From an uncultured Fusobacteriaceae bacterium (GTDB lineage Bacteria > Fusobacteriota > Fusobacteriia > Fusobacteriales > Fusobacteriaceae): a DNA stretch of 25,668 bases. The stretch lies in assembly GCA_964517235.1 (NCBI GenBank), contig CAZFBB010000023.1, positions 1 to 25,668 on the forward strand. The letters are read 5' to 3'. Shown one piece after another: positions 1 to 9,134 of the stretch; the first letter of the stretch is position 1, and each line of letters starts with the position of its first letter. The notes below the pieces were generated by a model that was not told the origin of the DNA, ran no database searches, and saw nothing but the letters and a program-made list of their open reading frames with translations. Position numbers and translations under genes: made by a program.

Positions 1-44
1 GTTACCGATTCTGAAGTAAAAAATACTCTTCCTTTTTCTATCAT
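1..44 (-). CDS. 5' end (about 14 codons, MIEKGRVFFTSESV...) of a gene continuing beyond the window start, immediately downstream of speE. Product unknown, possibly a third polyamine-pathway gene.
   Basis: On the minus strand, ATG at 44 is preceded by GAGGAG (about 8 nt spacer). The frame stays open to position 1. Only 14 codons are visible, so no product call is possible. Confidence 0.3.
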   Translation of the reverse strand, partial: MIEKGRVFFTSESV

Positions 45-80
45 TATTTTCTCCTCAATAATTTTATCATTAATAATAAG

Positions 81-950
81 TTATTTAGCTTCTTTTAACA
101 TCTTTTTGACATATGTAGGTAAAGCAAATGCACCTTTATGTATATCACTATTATAATACTTAGTATCTATAGAAAAATCTTCCCATATATCCTTTTTGTG
201 ATCTTTTATAGGGTGATATTTTTTTGAAGCAAATCCAAATAACCAATGACCTGACGCATATGTAGGCATATGAAATTGATAAACTTCTGCAATAGGAAAG
301 ATTTTATCTATTTTATTATGAGCTTTTTTCATTTCCTCTTTAAATACTTCATAATAAGGACTTTCATGTTGATTTACAAGTATACCTTCATCTGTTAATA
401 CTTTAAAGCAATTATTATAAAAATCTTCAGTAAAAAGTCCCTCTCCTACTGATATTGGATCTGTAGAATCTACTAAAATAAGATCGTATTGTCCACTTTT
501 ACATTCTTTAACAAACTGTAAACCATCTTTAAAATATAAAGTAACTCTTGGGTCTTCTAGTTTGTTTGATGTTAATGGAAGATATTTTTGAGAAAGTCTA
601 ACTACCCTTTCATCTATTTCTACCATATCTATTTTTTCTATATGTTTATATCGAGTAAGTTCTCTTACTGTACCACCGTCTCCACCACCAATTACTAATA
701 CTCTTTTTATATTAGGATTTGTTGCTAGAGGCACATGAGTAATCATATCATGGTATATAAATTCATCCTTTTCATTTACCATCATATATCCATCTAAAGT
801 AAAAAATATACCATATTCATTACTTTTAAAAAATTGTATCTCTTGAAATTCAGATTTTTCTGAATGTATTTGTTCCTTGACTTTTATAGAAAATCTTGTT
901 TCTTCACTCCATTTTTCAGTGAACCATAAATTTAACATTTTTACCTCCAA
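81..950 (-). CDS. speE: Spermidine synthase / polyamine aminopropyltransferase
   Basis: 289 aa. It carries the canonical aminopropyltransferase glycine-rich motif VLVIGGGDGG and a DSTDP acidic pocket, with an overall SpeE-like layout. A GGAGGT RBS lies 7 nt upstream of the ATG. It sits 22 bp downstream of speH in a typical speH-speE arrangement. Confidence 0.9.
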   Translation of the reverse strand: MEVKMLNLWFTEKWSEETRFSIKVKEQIHSEKSEFQEIQFFKSNEYGIFFTLDGYMMVNEKDEFIYHDMITHVPLATNPNIKRVLVIGGGDGGTVRELTRYKHIEKIDMVEIDERVVRLSQKYLPLTSNKLEDPRVTLYFKDGLQFVKECKSGQYDLILVDSTDPISVGEGLFTEDFYNNCFKVLTDEGILVNQHESPYYEVFKEEMKKAHNKIDKIFPIAEVYQFHMPTYASGHWLFGFASKKYHPIKDHKKDIWEDFSIDTKYYNSDIHKGAFALPTYVKKMLKEAK

Positions 951-972
951 TTGTAATTATTTTAAAATATAA

Positions 973-1389
973 TTATGCATTCTCAGGTTTAAAAGTTACT
1001 TTTCCCAATTTTTTTGGTGAAAATTTTTTAATTTTTTCTACCATTCCCCTTGGTATTTCAACAGACTCACTTCTATCTGCCTCAAATACTTTTTCTAAAT
1101 AATCAAATGCTATCCAAGGATTTATCTTGTCTCCACATGTAAAGACGTCAACTGCAGCATAACCATACTCTGGCCATGTATGTATAGCAAGGTGAGATTC
1201 TGATATAATTACTGCTCCGCTAACTCCATAGGGGTTAAAATGATGAAAAACCGAATCTACTATAGTTGCATTTGCAATTCTAGCAGCCTCATTCATGTGT
1301 TTTTCAATTAATTCTGGACTTGCCATTGTTTCTTCATTACAGTTGTAAAATTCAATTAAAATATGTCTTCCTAAAGTTTCTAATTTCAT
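973..1389 (-). CDS. speH: S-adenosylmethionine decarboxylase proenzyme, small pyruvoyl-dependent SpeH type
   Basis: The internal Met (MKLETLGRH...) gives 138 aa and is preceded by GGAGGAAAAA-ATG. Conserved motifs include ISESHLAIHTWPE, which holds the Glu-Ser self-cleavage site that forms the pyruvoyl group, and FTCG. The upstream 47 codons of the ORF-track ORF are AT-rich leader with no RBS. Confidence 0.85.
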   Translation of the reverse strand: MKLETLGRHILIEFYNCNEETMASPELIEKHMNEAARIANATIVDSVFHHFNPYGVSGAVIISESHLAIHTWPEYGYAAVDVFTCGDKINPWIAFDYLEKVFEADRSESVEIPRGMVEKIKKFSPKKLGKVTFKPENA

Positions 1390-2118
1390 TTTTTCCTCCA
1401 ATATTTTTATTAAACAAAAAGAAATTTTCTTTTTAAAAAAAATACTTACTATTACTAAACTTTCTTTACAGTTATTATATATAGTTAAATTAAAAATTTT
1501 TTGATAAACCCATTTCTTAAATTGTAACAAGTGTCTTTTAAAGAAAAACCTCTAAAATTCCTTTTAAATAAAGATAATAATTTACTAATAGTAATTATTA
1601 AGTTTACTTATGATAAACTTACCAAATAAATATATAATATTTCTAGTATATTGTCAACGATAATTTTGATGTTTTTTATAGATATTAACTTTTAAATTTA
1701 CTAATACTAAACTTTTTATTTCTAAATAAGAATAATTTAAATTATTTGTTTATAGTAAATAATCTTTATTATATATATTACCTTCTACTTTTTATTTCCT
1801 AAATCAATTATATACCTATATTTTTCAAAAAAAATTTTTTTTATTTATTTTTAGAGTTTTATAGGTAGATAAAATTGCTTTAATCTATAAAAAATTCTAA
1901 ATGTTTTTAAGAAGTTAAAATAATTTAAAAATATTTAATATAATCATAACTTTTAATGTGTAAATTAAGTTAATTGTCATTATTTTGTGTGCAAAGTTCA
2001 TCTCTTTTTAAGTTGGTTTTTGGAATTTTTTCTCATATAATTATATTAGAACAGGGGTATAAATATTGATATATTTATTTTTTATTTAAATTTTATTTAT
2101 CATTAGCTGGAGGTTATT

Positions 2119-2769
2119 ATGCTATTGCAAGATCATTTTAAAATAGGAGATAGGGTCAAGATAGGTTTGCATATAAATAAACATGATATGACTTTTTTTG
2201 ATACTAAAATTATGGATATCTCTTCTGATACAAAAGAACTATTTTTATATGATATTAATTCAAAGAAGGAAAGTTTTAAAATTGATGAAGGAGAAATCAT
2301 ATCTGTAATTAAAGAAGAAGGTACTTTAGTTTTTCTTTTTAATACAATCTTTTTAAATAGAGTAGAAGATAATTTTAATTTAATAGTCCTTCGAATTCCA
2401 AGTGAAATTGAAAGGATGCAAAGAAGAGAGTTTTATAGACTTCCAATATCAGTAAAAATATCTCTCAGAAAACCACAGAGTAATAAAATTTCCCTAGGTG
2501 AAACTCTTGACATTAGTGGTAGTGGTTTAAGTGTTGATTTAGATACTGATTTAGATTTAAATGATGAAGTTATTATTGATCTTCCTTTAACTGATGAGAT
2601 TTATATAAGTGATATTTATGGAAAAGTCTCAAGGAAAGATGAGGGGCAACTATTACCTTTTAGATATGGTATAGAGTTTAATAATATTGAAAAGAATAAA
2701 AGAGAAAGAATTGTTTCTTATATATTTCAAATTCAAAGAATGAGAATAAAATTAGCTAAAGATTTATAA
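2119..2769 (+). CDS. PilZ-domain c-di-GMP-binding protein (YcgR-like architecture)
   Basis: 216 aa. Both PilZ signature motifs are present in the correct order and spacing: RxxxR (QRREFYR) and D/NxSxxG (DISGSGLS). A GGAGG RBS lies 6 nt upstream of the ATG. The N-terminal half resembles a YcgR-N/PilZN-like beta domain. Confidence 0.75.
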   Translation: MLLQDHFKIGDRVKIGLHINKHDMTFFDTKIMDISSDTKELFLYDINSKKESFKIDEGEIISVIKEEGTLVFLFNTIFLNRVEDNFNLIVLRIPSEIERMQRREFYRLPISVKISLRKPQSNKISLGETLDISGSGLSVDLDTDLDLNDEVIIDLPLTDEIYISDIYGKVSRKDEGQLLPFRYGIEFNNIEKNKRERIVSYIFQIQRMRIKLAKDL

Positions 2770-3102
2770 AAAAAACTAGGAATAAGGTAGTTTTAGGTAG
2801 AAGGTTTGCAACTTGATTTATAATATTTTTGTTATTAATTTAATGTAAAATAATAGAAGGCTTCTTTTAAATACGATTAAATCTACCTTAAATAAATCTT
2901 ACTTAAAAAATCAAGTGCTCACAAAAAAATAAGAGTAAATAATATCCATAACCATTAATTTTAAAATCTACTCTTAGAAGAAAAAATATTTATAATTTTT
3001 AGTGTTTATTGTGAACTTATTTAGTTTTATTTTTTATATGAGCACATTTGGGTAGAAGTTCAATAAAATTTTCCATTTGTAGTATAAAAGTACATGTTAA
3101 GT

Positions 3103-3918
3103 TTATTTTAGATACATTTTAATTTCTTTTTTTATATACTCAAGTTGACTAGTAGTATAGTTTATTGCATTTCTATAGTTATAACCTTTATAAAATTGAC
3201 CTTTTCTGTATTCTTCTACTATTATTATACCATCAATATCTGAAAAGATTAGTTTTTCTAATTTGTCACTATAATAATGAGCTGTGTAAAACTCATTAGT
3301 ACGATAGTTCATTATAGATATATTATATTCACCTATATTTGAATATTTTATTGCCACTTCTTTATTGTCAACTTCATTATAAATATATTCTTTTACTAAA
3401 CGATTTTTCATATATAATTTGGTTATATTTCCAATAGTTTTTTTTCCTTTTTTTACATTAACAAATTCAAAGTAATTTTGAAGAACATTGTATGAGTACT
3501 TATCAAAAAATTCTATGTGAGGATGTTTACTTATTAAAGTATATCTACCTTTTTTTTCCCTTCCAGAGTAAAAAATATTGTCTTTCCACTCTTCAGAAAA
3601 ATTTTTACCCTCTACTCCAATTATATCTCCATTATCATATAATATCTCCAACTTGCCCAATTTTTGATGGTACATGATACCTTTGCCATTAAATGAGTTA
3701 TTATTCACTTCTACTTCAAATATTTTTTGACCATCTTTTAAAAATGTAAAACTTGTAATAACTCCTAGTTCAACATTTGATTCCATATTATCCTTTGATA
3801 TAGTTCCTGAATAAAATCCTTTTTCATCTAATATGAGACTATGTTCAATTCTTAAATCTTCTAATTTAACAGCAAATATACTTAAATTTATTAAAATAAA
3901 TATTAATATTTTTTTCAT
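3103..3918 (-). CDS. Secreted hypothetical protein with N-terminal signal peptide. Tyr/Asn/Gly-rich repeats are reminiscent of MORN/YwqK-like beta repeats.
   Basis: 271 aa. It has an AAGGAGG RBS and an N-terminal hydrophobic signal sequence (MKKILIFILINLSIFAV). Repeated Y-x-x-G/K-G-K-K segments are present. I recognise no catalytic motif. Confidence 0.6.
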   Translation of the reverse strand: MKKILIFILINLSIFAVKLEDLRIEHSLILDEKGFYSGTISKDNMESNVELGVITSFTFLKDGQKIFEVEVNNNSFNGKGIMYHQKLGKLEILYDNGDIIGVEGKNFSEEWKDNIFYSGREKKGRYTLISKHPHIEFFDKYSYNVLQNYFEFVNVKKGKKTIGNITKLYMKNRLVKEYIYNEVDNKEVAIKYSNIGEYNISIMNYRTNEFYTAHYYSDKLEKLIFSDIDGIIIVEEYRKGQFYKGYNYRNAINYTTSQLEYIKKEIKMYLK

Positions 3919-3973
3919 TTTTCCTCCTTATACCTGCTTAGTATCGACATGAATTATATAAACCTTAAATTAA

Positions 3974-3993
3974 AAAAGCTCCAAAGAGCTTTT
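3974..3993 (-). terminator. Rho-independent terminator hairpin (AAAAGCTC-CAAA-GAGCTTTT) downstream of the 4026..4349 gene
   Basis: A perfect 8-bp stem with a 4-nt loop. On the minus strand it is followed by a T-run (the aaaaa on plus at 3973-3977 extends into tttttt on the minus strand). It lies 30 nt after the stop codon. Confidence 0.5.
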
Positions 3994-4025
3994 GTACAGT
4001 AATTGTATGCCAATTCAATCTTTTT

Positions 4026-4349
4026 TTAAACACTTACATAAGAAGAAAATTTTGCGTCTATCTTTTCTTTTGGAAAATAAAAGAGATACTCTTCAATTTC
4101 TTTATAATTTGATTTCATTAACAAACTCAAATCCAAATTAAATCTTTCATGTATTTTTACCATAGCTTCATAGACTGCTTTTTTGTCTTTACTTAAACCA
4201 CTAATAGCATATTTTCTAATTTCTCCGTCGATATTAATTGGTTTTGTTTGAAATTCAATATAATATATACGTCCTAACCCCGCTAATCTTCTTACTAAAC
4301 CGTATTCCTTCATAATACTGGCTACTTCTTTAAAAAATACTTCTTCCAT
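4026..4349 (-). CDS. Hypothetical small cytoplasmic protein (107 aa)
   Basis: Start re-anchored to MEEVFF..., which is preceded by GAGGGG plus 6 nt. It is co-directional with and 63 bp downstream of the 4413..5111 gene. I recognise no domain. Confidence 0.5.
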   Translation of the reverse strand: MEEVFFKEVASIMKEYGLVRRLAGLGRIYYIEFQTKPINIDGEIRKYAISGLSKDKKAVYEAMVKIHERFNLDLSLLMKSNYKEIEEYLFYFPKEKIDAKFSSYVSV

Positions 4350-4412
4350 AATACCCCTCATTTATTCATGTGTACTAAAATTATACCATAGTTCAATATA
4401 AGATTAAAGAGT

Positions 4413-5111
4413 TTATTTTTTACTATGTATAAGTTTTTGTTTTTCTATTTCTTTTGTAGCTAATTTGAAACTTTTACTATAAACACTAGTAACTTCCTCT
4501 CCTACAATATTAATTATAAGTACTCCAAAACTTCTTAGAGTTGCTTCCATACTAGCTCTGAGAGCTATCTTTTTTACCCAATAAACTGGATTGGCAATAT
4601 TGTAAATCATCCATCCACTACGGACTATATCTACTATTTTGTATTTATTTAATCTTGCTATAAAATCTTTTTCCATTATATTTTTTTTTGTATTATTCAA
4701 ATATAAAATTTGAGATATTCTAAGTTCTCTAAAGAGTTTATATCTTTTTTTCTTTAATTCCTCCAATAATCTTTTAGAAATATGTATATTAAGTTCAAGA
4801 GTTTCTTCAATTGTTAGTTCATATTTTGGATATTTTGATTGGGGAAAGTATGATTTAGCAATTTCAGCTGTTAGATTTTTAACCTCTTCTTCTACTCTAG
4901 CATAATTACTTCTGAATCCAATACTTTTTCCCCTTATTATTATATCTCTTTTTTCTTTAATAAGTTTTTTTATATACTCCTCTTCTACTTCTACCCTGCT
5001 TATCTCTTCCTTTTCTAATATAGTTTTTTGTTTTTTACTTATTATTATTAAAAAAATAAGTATAGTAAGTATGCTTATACTTATTCCACTCAAAACTCCC
5101 AATAAAAACAT
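4413..5111 (-). CDS. Membrane-anchored hypothetical protein with an N-terminal transmembrane helix and a charged coiled-coil-like soluble domain
   Basis: 232 aa. AAAGGAGG RBS. A single N-terminal hydrophobic segment (LLGVLSGISISILTILIFLIII) is followed by a K/E-rich region. Function unknown. Confidence 0.6.
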   Translation of the reverse strand: MFLLGVLSGISISILTILIFLIIISKKQKTILEKEEISRVEVEEEYIKKLIKEKRDIIIRGKSIGFRSNYARVEEEVKNLTAEIAKSYFPQSKYPKYELTIEETLELNIHISKRLLEELKKKRYKLFRELRISQILYLNNTKKNIMEKDFIARLNKYKIVDIVRSGWMIYNIANPVYWVKKIALRASMEATLRSFGVLIINIVGEEVTSVYSKSFKLATKEIEKQKLIHSKK

Positions 5112-5256
5112 AATGCCTCCTTTATAGATTCTATGATTACCTCTATTATATTCTACTAGTTTTTTTCAAAAAATCAAAAAGCTATTAATATTCTTTTAGA
5201 AATTTTTTAGATTCTCTCTCTTTTTTATATAAAAGAAAAAAAGACTTAAGAAAGTC

Positions 5257-5555
5257 CTTACAGGTCAAAGACAAATAATTAGTTTTTAAAAAAAACATCA
5301 TTACTTTTGTCTTGATACAAAAGTAATAGAATGTCTTGGGAGACATAACTGAATCTACGTCGGATAAATCTTCCTTATTCAGTAAAAATTAAATACTCAT
5401 ATAAAAAATTTCAAAACTCGCTCTTAAGGAGCTCAAACAGCTCACAATTATTAAGGTTCCTTTCGTTAACTTAATCTAAATTTCTTATATAAGTACATTT
5501 AAAATTAAAGACAAATAAAACTTCTTTTTAAGAAAATTTTATTTGTCTTCATTCT
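5257..5555. repeat. Copy 1 of a dispersed intergenic repeat family. Other copies are at 14384-14700 (same orientation), 23418-23540 (inverted) and a diverged copy at 8897-9115.
   Basis: Direct reading shows long near-identical blocks. One example: aaaaaacatcattacttttgtcttgatacaaaagtaatagaatgtcttgggagacataactgaatcta at 5290-5356 aligns with aaaaaacattactactttatcttttaatacaaaattaatacaagattttaggagatatacttgaatcta at 14386-14451. A second shared block is tcaaaactcgctcttaaggagctcaaacagctc...ttttatttgtc (5411-5547), matching 14541-14690. The element carries an 11-bp perfect inverted repeat ATTACTTTTGT-cttgat-ACAAAAGTAAT at 5300-5327. Confidence 0.7.
5510..5547 (-). terminator. AT-rich hairpin (GACAAATAAAA-loop-TTTTATTTGTC) 44 nt downstream of the permease stop. 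Candidate terminator, and part of the repeat element.
   Basis: Perfect 11-bp stem with a 16-nt loop. A T-rich stretch follows on the minus strand. The structure is conserved in repeat copy 2, although the sequence is not (AAATAAAAA...TTTTTATTT at about 14636-14668). Confidence 0.35.
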
Positions 5556-5590
5556 CAATGGATTTAAGAAAGTCTCTAAGTTCCTAGTAA

Positions 5591-6793
5591 TTATAAACCA
5601 AATAAATATAAACTAGTTCCCACAATTAGAGCGGGTATGAGATTATATATTGTAGCAAATAGAGCACTTTTTTTGTTAATAGCCAATAGTGGAAACAAAG
5701 CATCTCCATCATTACATATTGCATTTGCAGCTAAGGCTGAAAATGGAATAGTTCCTTGTAAATATAAAGTTGCTAGTATAATTTGAGGTCCACAACCGGG
5801 GATTAACCCTACCAAAACAGCTATTAGTACTGTTATATATCCACTTCCACTTATAAATTCTGTTAAAACAGCTTCACCACCCATAAAATAAATAAAAAGG
5901 TTATAAACTAACATTGCCATAAATACCCAACTGATTACAAAGGATGTTTCTTCTGCATTGTGTATAATAGTTTCTCTTAAAGAATTTATCTTACTTTCTG
6001 TTTCGGGATGATTGTCATCTGCCAATATTTTTTTACTAATTAAAGTATAAACTATACTAAAGATAGTTCCAAAAAATCCTATATAATTAAGATTTTTTAT
6101 GGGAATTATACTGTTATAGTCTATTTGTATAAGATTCATTATTCCCAGAGGTAAAGCAATTAAAGAAAATCCCCAAAATATTTTATATCCTAAAGAGTGT
6201 CTAAATTTATGAAGCATACCTTTTGTAGTTACACTATGATGAAGAGCCATATCTATAATATCTCCCTCTTCATGTCCAAAGTGTCTAAAATCAACATTAA
6301 TATTTTCATTATTAAGTTCAAATTCTGTAGGTTCATCTCTGAACATAGCGTGAGCTTCTTCTAATTCATATTTACTTTTTCCTTTTCCAAGTAAACTTTT
6401 TCCTATTTTAAAATAATCTATTATATACCCTGTAATAATAGCTACTATAAGAGAGATAAGAGATATAAAACCAAAGGTTTTAGGAGATTGAGTTAGCAGT
6501 ACAAAACTAGCATCACCCATAGTAGCAATAAGTGTAGCTACAACGGTACCAAAGGAAACTTTTCCTAATAAATAAAGTGGCATGACCATAATTGCCCCAC
6601 CACAACCTGGAGTCAAACCAAGTAAAGAACCAACTAATACTTGATATTTTTTATTTTTTTCTAATAAATCTATTAATTTCCCATCAAATTTATAATTGAT
6701 AAAACCAAATAATAATAATGTTACACCTACAAAAGCTCCAACATTTATAAAAGCATCTATTGATGAAGAGTATATTATATTAAATAAATACAT
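5591..6793 (-). CDS. Polytopic membrane permease with two internally homologous halves, each carrying a Gly-rich PGCG motif. Possible ArsP/DUF2899-type 10-TM putative metal or small-molecule exporter.
   Basis: Start re-anchored to MYLFNII (400 aa) on an AGGAGG RBS 6 nt upstream. The ORF-track N-terminal 18 codons lack an RBS. Duplicated motifs LLGLTPGCGGAIMVMPLYL and LVGLIPGCGPQIILATLYL each sit in a hydrophobic half, separated by a central cytoplasmic His/Glu-rich loop (HAMFRDEPTEFE...HFGHEEGD). Confidence 0.65.
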   Translation of the reverse strand: MYLFNIIYSSSIDAFINVGAFVGVTLLLFGFINYKFDGKLIDLLEKNKKYQVLVGSLLGLTPGCGGAIMVMPLYLLGKVSFGTVVATLIATMGDASFVLLTQSPKTFGFISLISLIVAIITGYIIDYFKIGKSLLGKGKSKYELEEAHAMFRDEPTEFELNNENINVDFRHFGHEEGDIIDMALHHSVTTKGMLHKFRHSLGYKIFWGFSLIALPLGIMNLIQIDYNSIIPIKNLNYIGFFGTIFSIVYTLISKKILADDNHPETESKINSLRETIIHNAEETSFVISWVFMAMLVYNLFIYFMGGEAVLTEFISGSGYITVLIAVLVGLIPGCGPQIILATLYLQGTIPFSALAANAICNDGDALFPLLAINKKSALFATIYNLIPALIVGTSLYLFGL

Positions 6794-7405
6794 ATTTTCC
6801 TCCTGAAATTTATTTTGATTATTATAATATATAATATTTATTTTCAAAAATTGTAATGATTACAATTTTGTACTATTTTAACATTAAAAGGATAAAAATG
6901 CAACGATTTTATGATTTTTCCTTGAAATATCAATATATATTTAAAATTTTAAAATTGTATTTTTTAAATTAATTTTATTTAAAAATAAAAAAGCTGAATA
7001 AATCTAAATTCAACTTTTCAACATATAATATATTTATTTAATAATTTTTTTATATGAATTTGTAGGTTTTTATTGCTATTGTAACAAATAGTTCTCTTAA
7101 TTTCTTTTGATTAAAATTTAAATAAAAATCTTATCATATGTAGCAAAAGCAGTTGTATTAGAGATTAATAAAGTATCTAGAAAACTTTTTAAAGATTTCA
7201 TTAGCTTTTTTTTTACAGTATATAAAAGATTTTTACTAGTTAAAAGATATAATAGCTTTTTAAACTTAAGAAGAAGATTTTATCTTGTATAATTCGATTA
7301 AAAAAAAGGACTTTGATATAGTATAATTCTATATTAACAAAGTCCCAAATAAAAATGTTATCACTACTTAACAAAGGTAATAACAAATTCTTTTTACTAT
7401 TTATA

Positions 7406-8332
7406 TTATAATGTACGAGTTAATAATTTTTTAAGGTCATTATGAGAATATTGACTAATTGAAGATTCCCTACCAACTTGTATTTCCTCTTCTATGCAAT
7501 GAAAATATTTTTCAATTTTGTTTATAGTTAATTTATAAGTAAGAGTATCATCTACAGTACTAATTATAGCAACGAGTTTTGTATCTGTAATATTATCTAT
7601 AATACATTTAGTTCCATTAGGGAATAGTTTTTTAAAATCATTACTAGTCCAATTTTTAAAATAATCTTTTTCATCCTGTGTAAAAACAACTGTATTTTTA
7701 TCATAATCTATAATAAAATTATAAACAAAGTTATTTATTTCTTTGAGATTAGTAGATGAAAAATCTTTAATCAAAATATCAGATTCACGTAACTTCATAG
7801 TATATTTAGTGTCTTCTTTGTCATAAGAAACATCTAATTCATTAGAGCCAAATTGTATAAAATCTTCGTTAATAAATCCATAAAGAGATATATTTTTTAA
7901 GTTACTTTTTAATTTAGCATTTAAATCCTTTACTAAATTAACATCTTTACTACTAAATTTATTTAGTAAATCATGAAGTGATTTATTGCTTCTTTTATCT
8001 TTCTCTTTTCCATTTAGTTTTTGAAAAACTGTGTATAAAGAATCTTTTTTTTCTGTCCTAAATTCTACTTTATCTCCAGCTTTGTAATCAAAGTTACCTT
8101 CAAAAAAAACAAACTTTACTTCCATTTTATGTTTGGTAATTTCAGGAGTTACTCGAGCCACTTCTTTAAGACTAAGAGTTACCCTATCCGACCATTTTCT
8201 GAAAATTTCTTGCTCCTCAAATGTAAAAATTACATCATTAACAGGCGTATTTTTAGCAGACGCCTTATTTTTAGAACAAGAAATAAAAGTTAATAGTCCC
8301 AAAGCAAACAAAATTAATAATACATTTTTCAT
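7406..8332 (-). CDS. Lipoprotein, hypothetical
   Basis: Start re-anchored to MKNVLLILFALGLLTFISC (308 aa) on an AGAGGGA RBS. The lipobox is L-T-F-I-S-C, with Cys as the first mature residue. The rest is hydrophilic and K/D/N-rich, with no recognisable enzyme motif. Confidence 0.65.
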   Translation of the reverse strand: MKNVLLILFALGLLTFISCSKNKASAKNTPVNDVIFTFEEQEIFRKWSDRVTLSLKEVARVTPEITKHKMEVKFVFFEGNFDYKAGDKVEFRTEKKDSLYTVFQKLNGKEKDKRSNKSLHDLLNKFSSKDVNLVKDLNAKLKSNLKNISLYGFINEDFIQFGSNELDVSYDKEDTKYTMKLRESDILIKDFSSTNLKEINNFVYNFIIDYDKNTVVFTQDEKDYFKNWTSNDFKKLFPNGTKCIIDNITDTKLVAIISTVDDTLTYKLTINKIEKYFHCIEEEIQVGRESSISQYSHNDLKKLLTRTL

Positions 8333-8981
8333 CCTATCCCTCTTATTAAAATAATACTCTGTCAAAATGTTTTTGGTAAAAAAACTAACAACAATACAAC
8401 CTTTCCAATATTATTATTAAAATATTCAAATGGTGTTTCTAACAATGGAATCATATTCTTAAAGCAAATTGAAGCGGATTTTCATTAAAAAAAGCGTCGA
8501 AAATGTTAATAGTAAAATTCATAGTAAATACAAATTGATAAGTTTTTATATTACATCTAAATATTTATTTTTATTATAATATAGATTAACTTACAATATT
8601 CATTAAAATGCTAACACATTATTCTTTCAAAATCAACTGATTTTTAAATTTTGTCGTATTATATCTATACATTTTGCTTTGTTATTTTATAAAATAAACA
8701 TGTTCAAAGACCTTATTTTACTGCAGAATGAAAAAAAGGAAATTAGAAAATTTTTTAGAAGGATTTTATCTTTGTTAAAAATTTTAGTCATAATTAATTA
8801 CCTTTAATTGATTACATCTACCATAGATTATAAAAGTTCCTTTAGAAAGAAACAATGTAAAAACTGTGCCTAAAAAGATTAATGCTACTTAACAGAAGAA
8901 AAGACAAATAATTTACTAATAAAAAAAGGGTTTTTTAAGACTATAGAGTTTGAAAAGGTAAGTCAAATAGGGGAGTTTGAG

Positions 8982-9134
8982 ATGTTAAAAAGAATGAGAG
9001 CAAAATTAGCGTGTAGAATGTCAGAATTAAAAAGAAGACACAAGATAGACGAAGCATATGCCAAATGTCTAAATAGAGTGTCTCATTTTATTGTGACAAA
9101 AGTAATAGAATGTAATTTAAAAAAATGGAGCTAA
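8982..9134 (+). CDS. Candidate small basic protein (50 aa, MLKRMRAKLACRMSELKRRHKIDEAYAKCLNRVSHFIVTKVIECNLKKWS), embedded in a diverged repeat-family copy
   Basis: It falls below the ORF-track length cutoff. A strong RBS GGGGAG lies 6 nt before the ATG. Local GC is higher than the flanks. The protein is Lys/Arg-rich with 3 Cys and 2 His. It lies in a 940-bp region otherwise free of ORFs. Confidence 0.3.
   Translation: MLKRMRAKLACRMSELKRRHKIDEAYAKCLNRVSHFIVTKVIECNLKKWS

Noticed and set aside
3492-3677. The 61-aa plus-strand ORF, with similar short ORFs at 8133-8354 (+), 11513-11722 (-), 14676-14945 (+), 22786-22989 (-), 23920-24108 (+), 25181-25405 (-) and 25392-25586 (-)
   Set aside because: Each overlaps a better-supported gene on the opposite strand, or lies in an AT-rich spacer with no RBS. 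Their Phe/Leu/Ile-rich products fit AT-rich non-coding frames.
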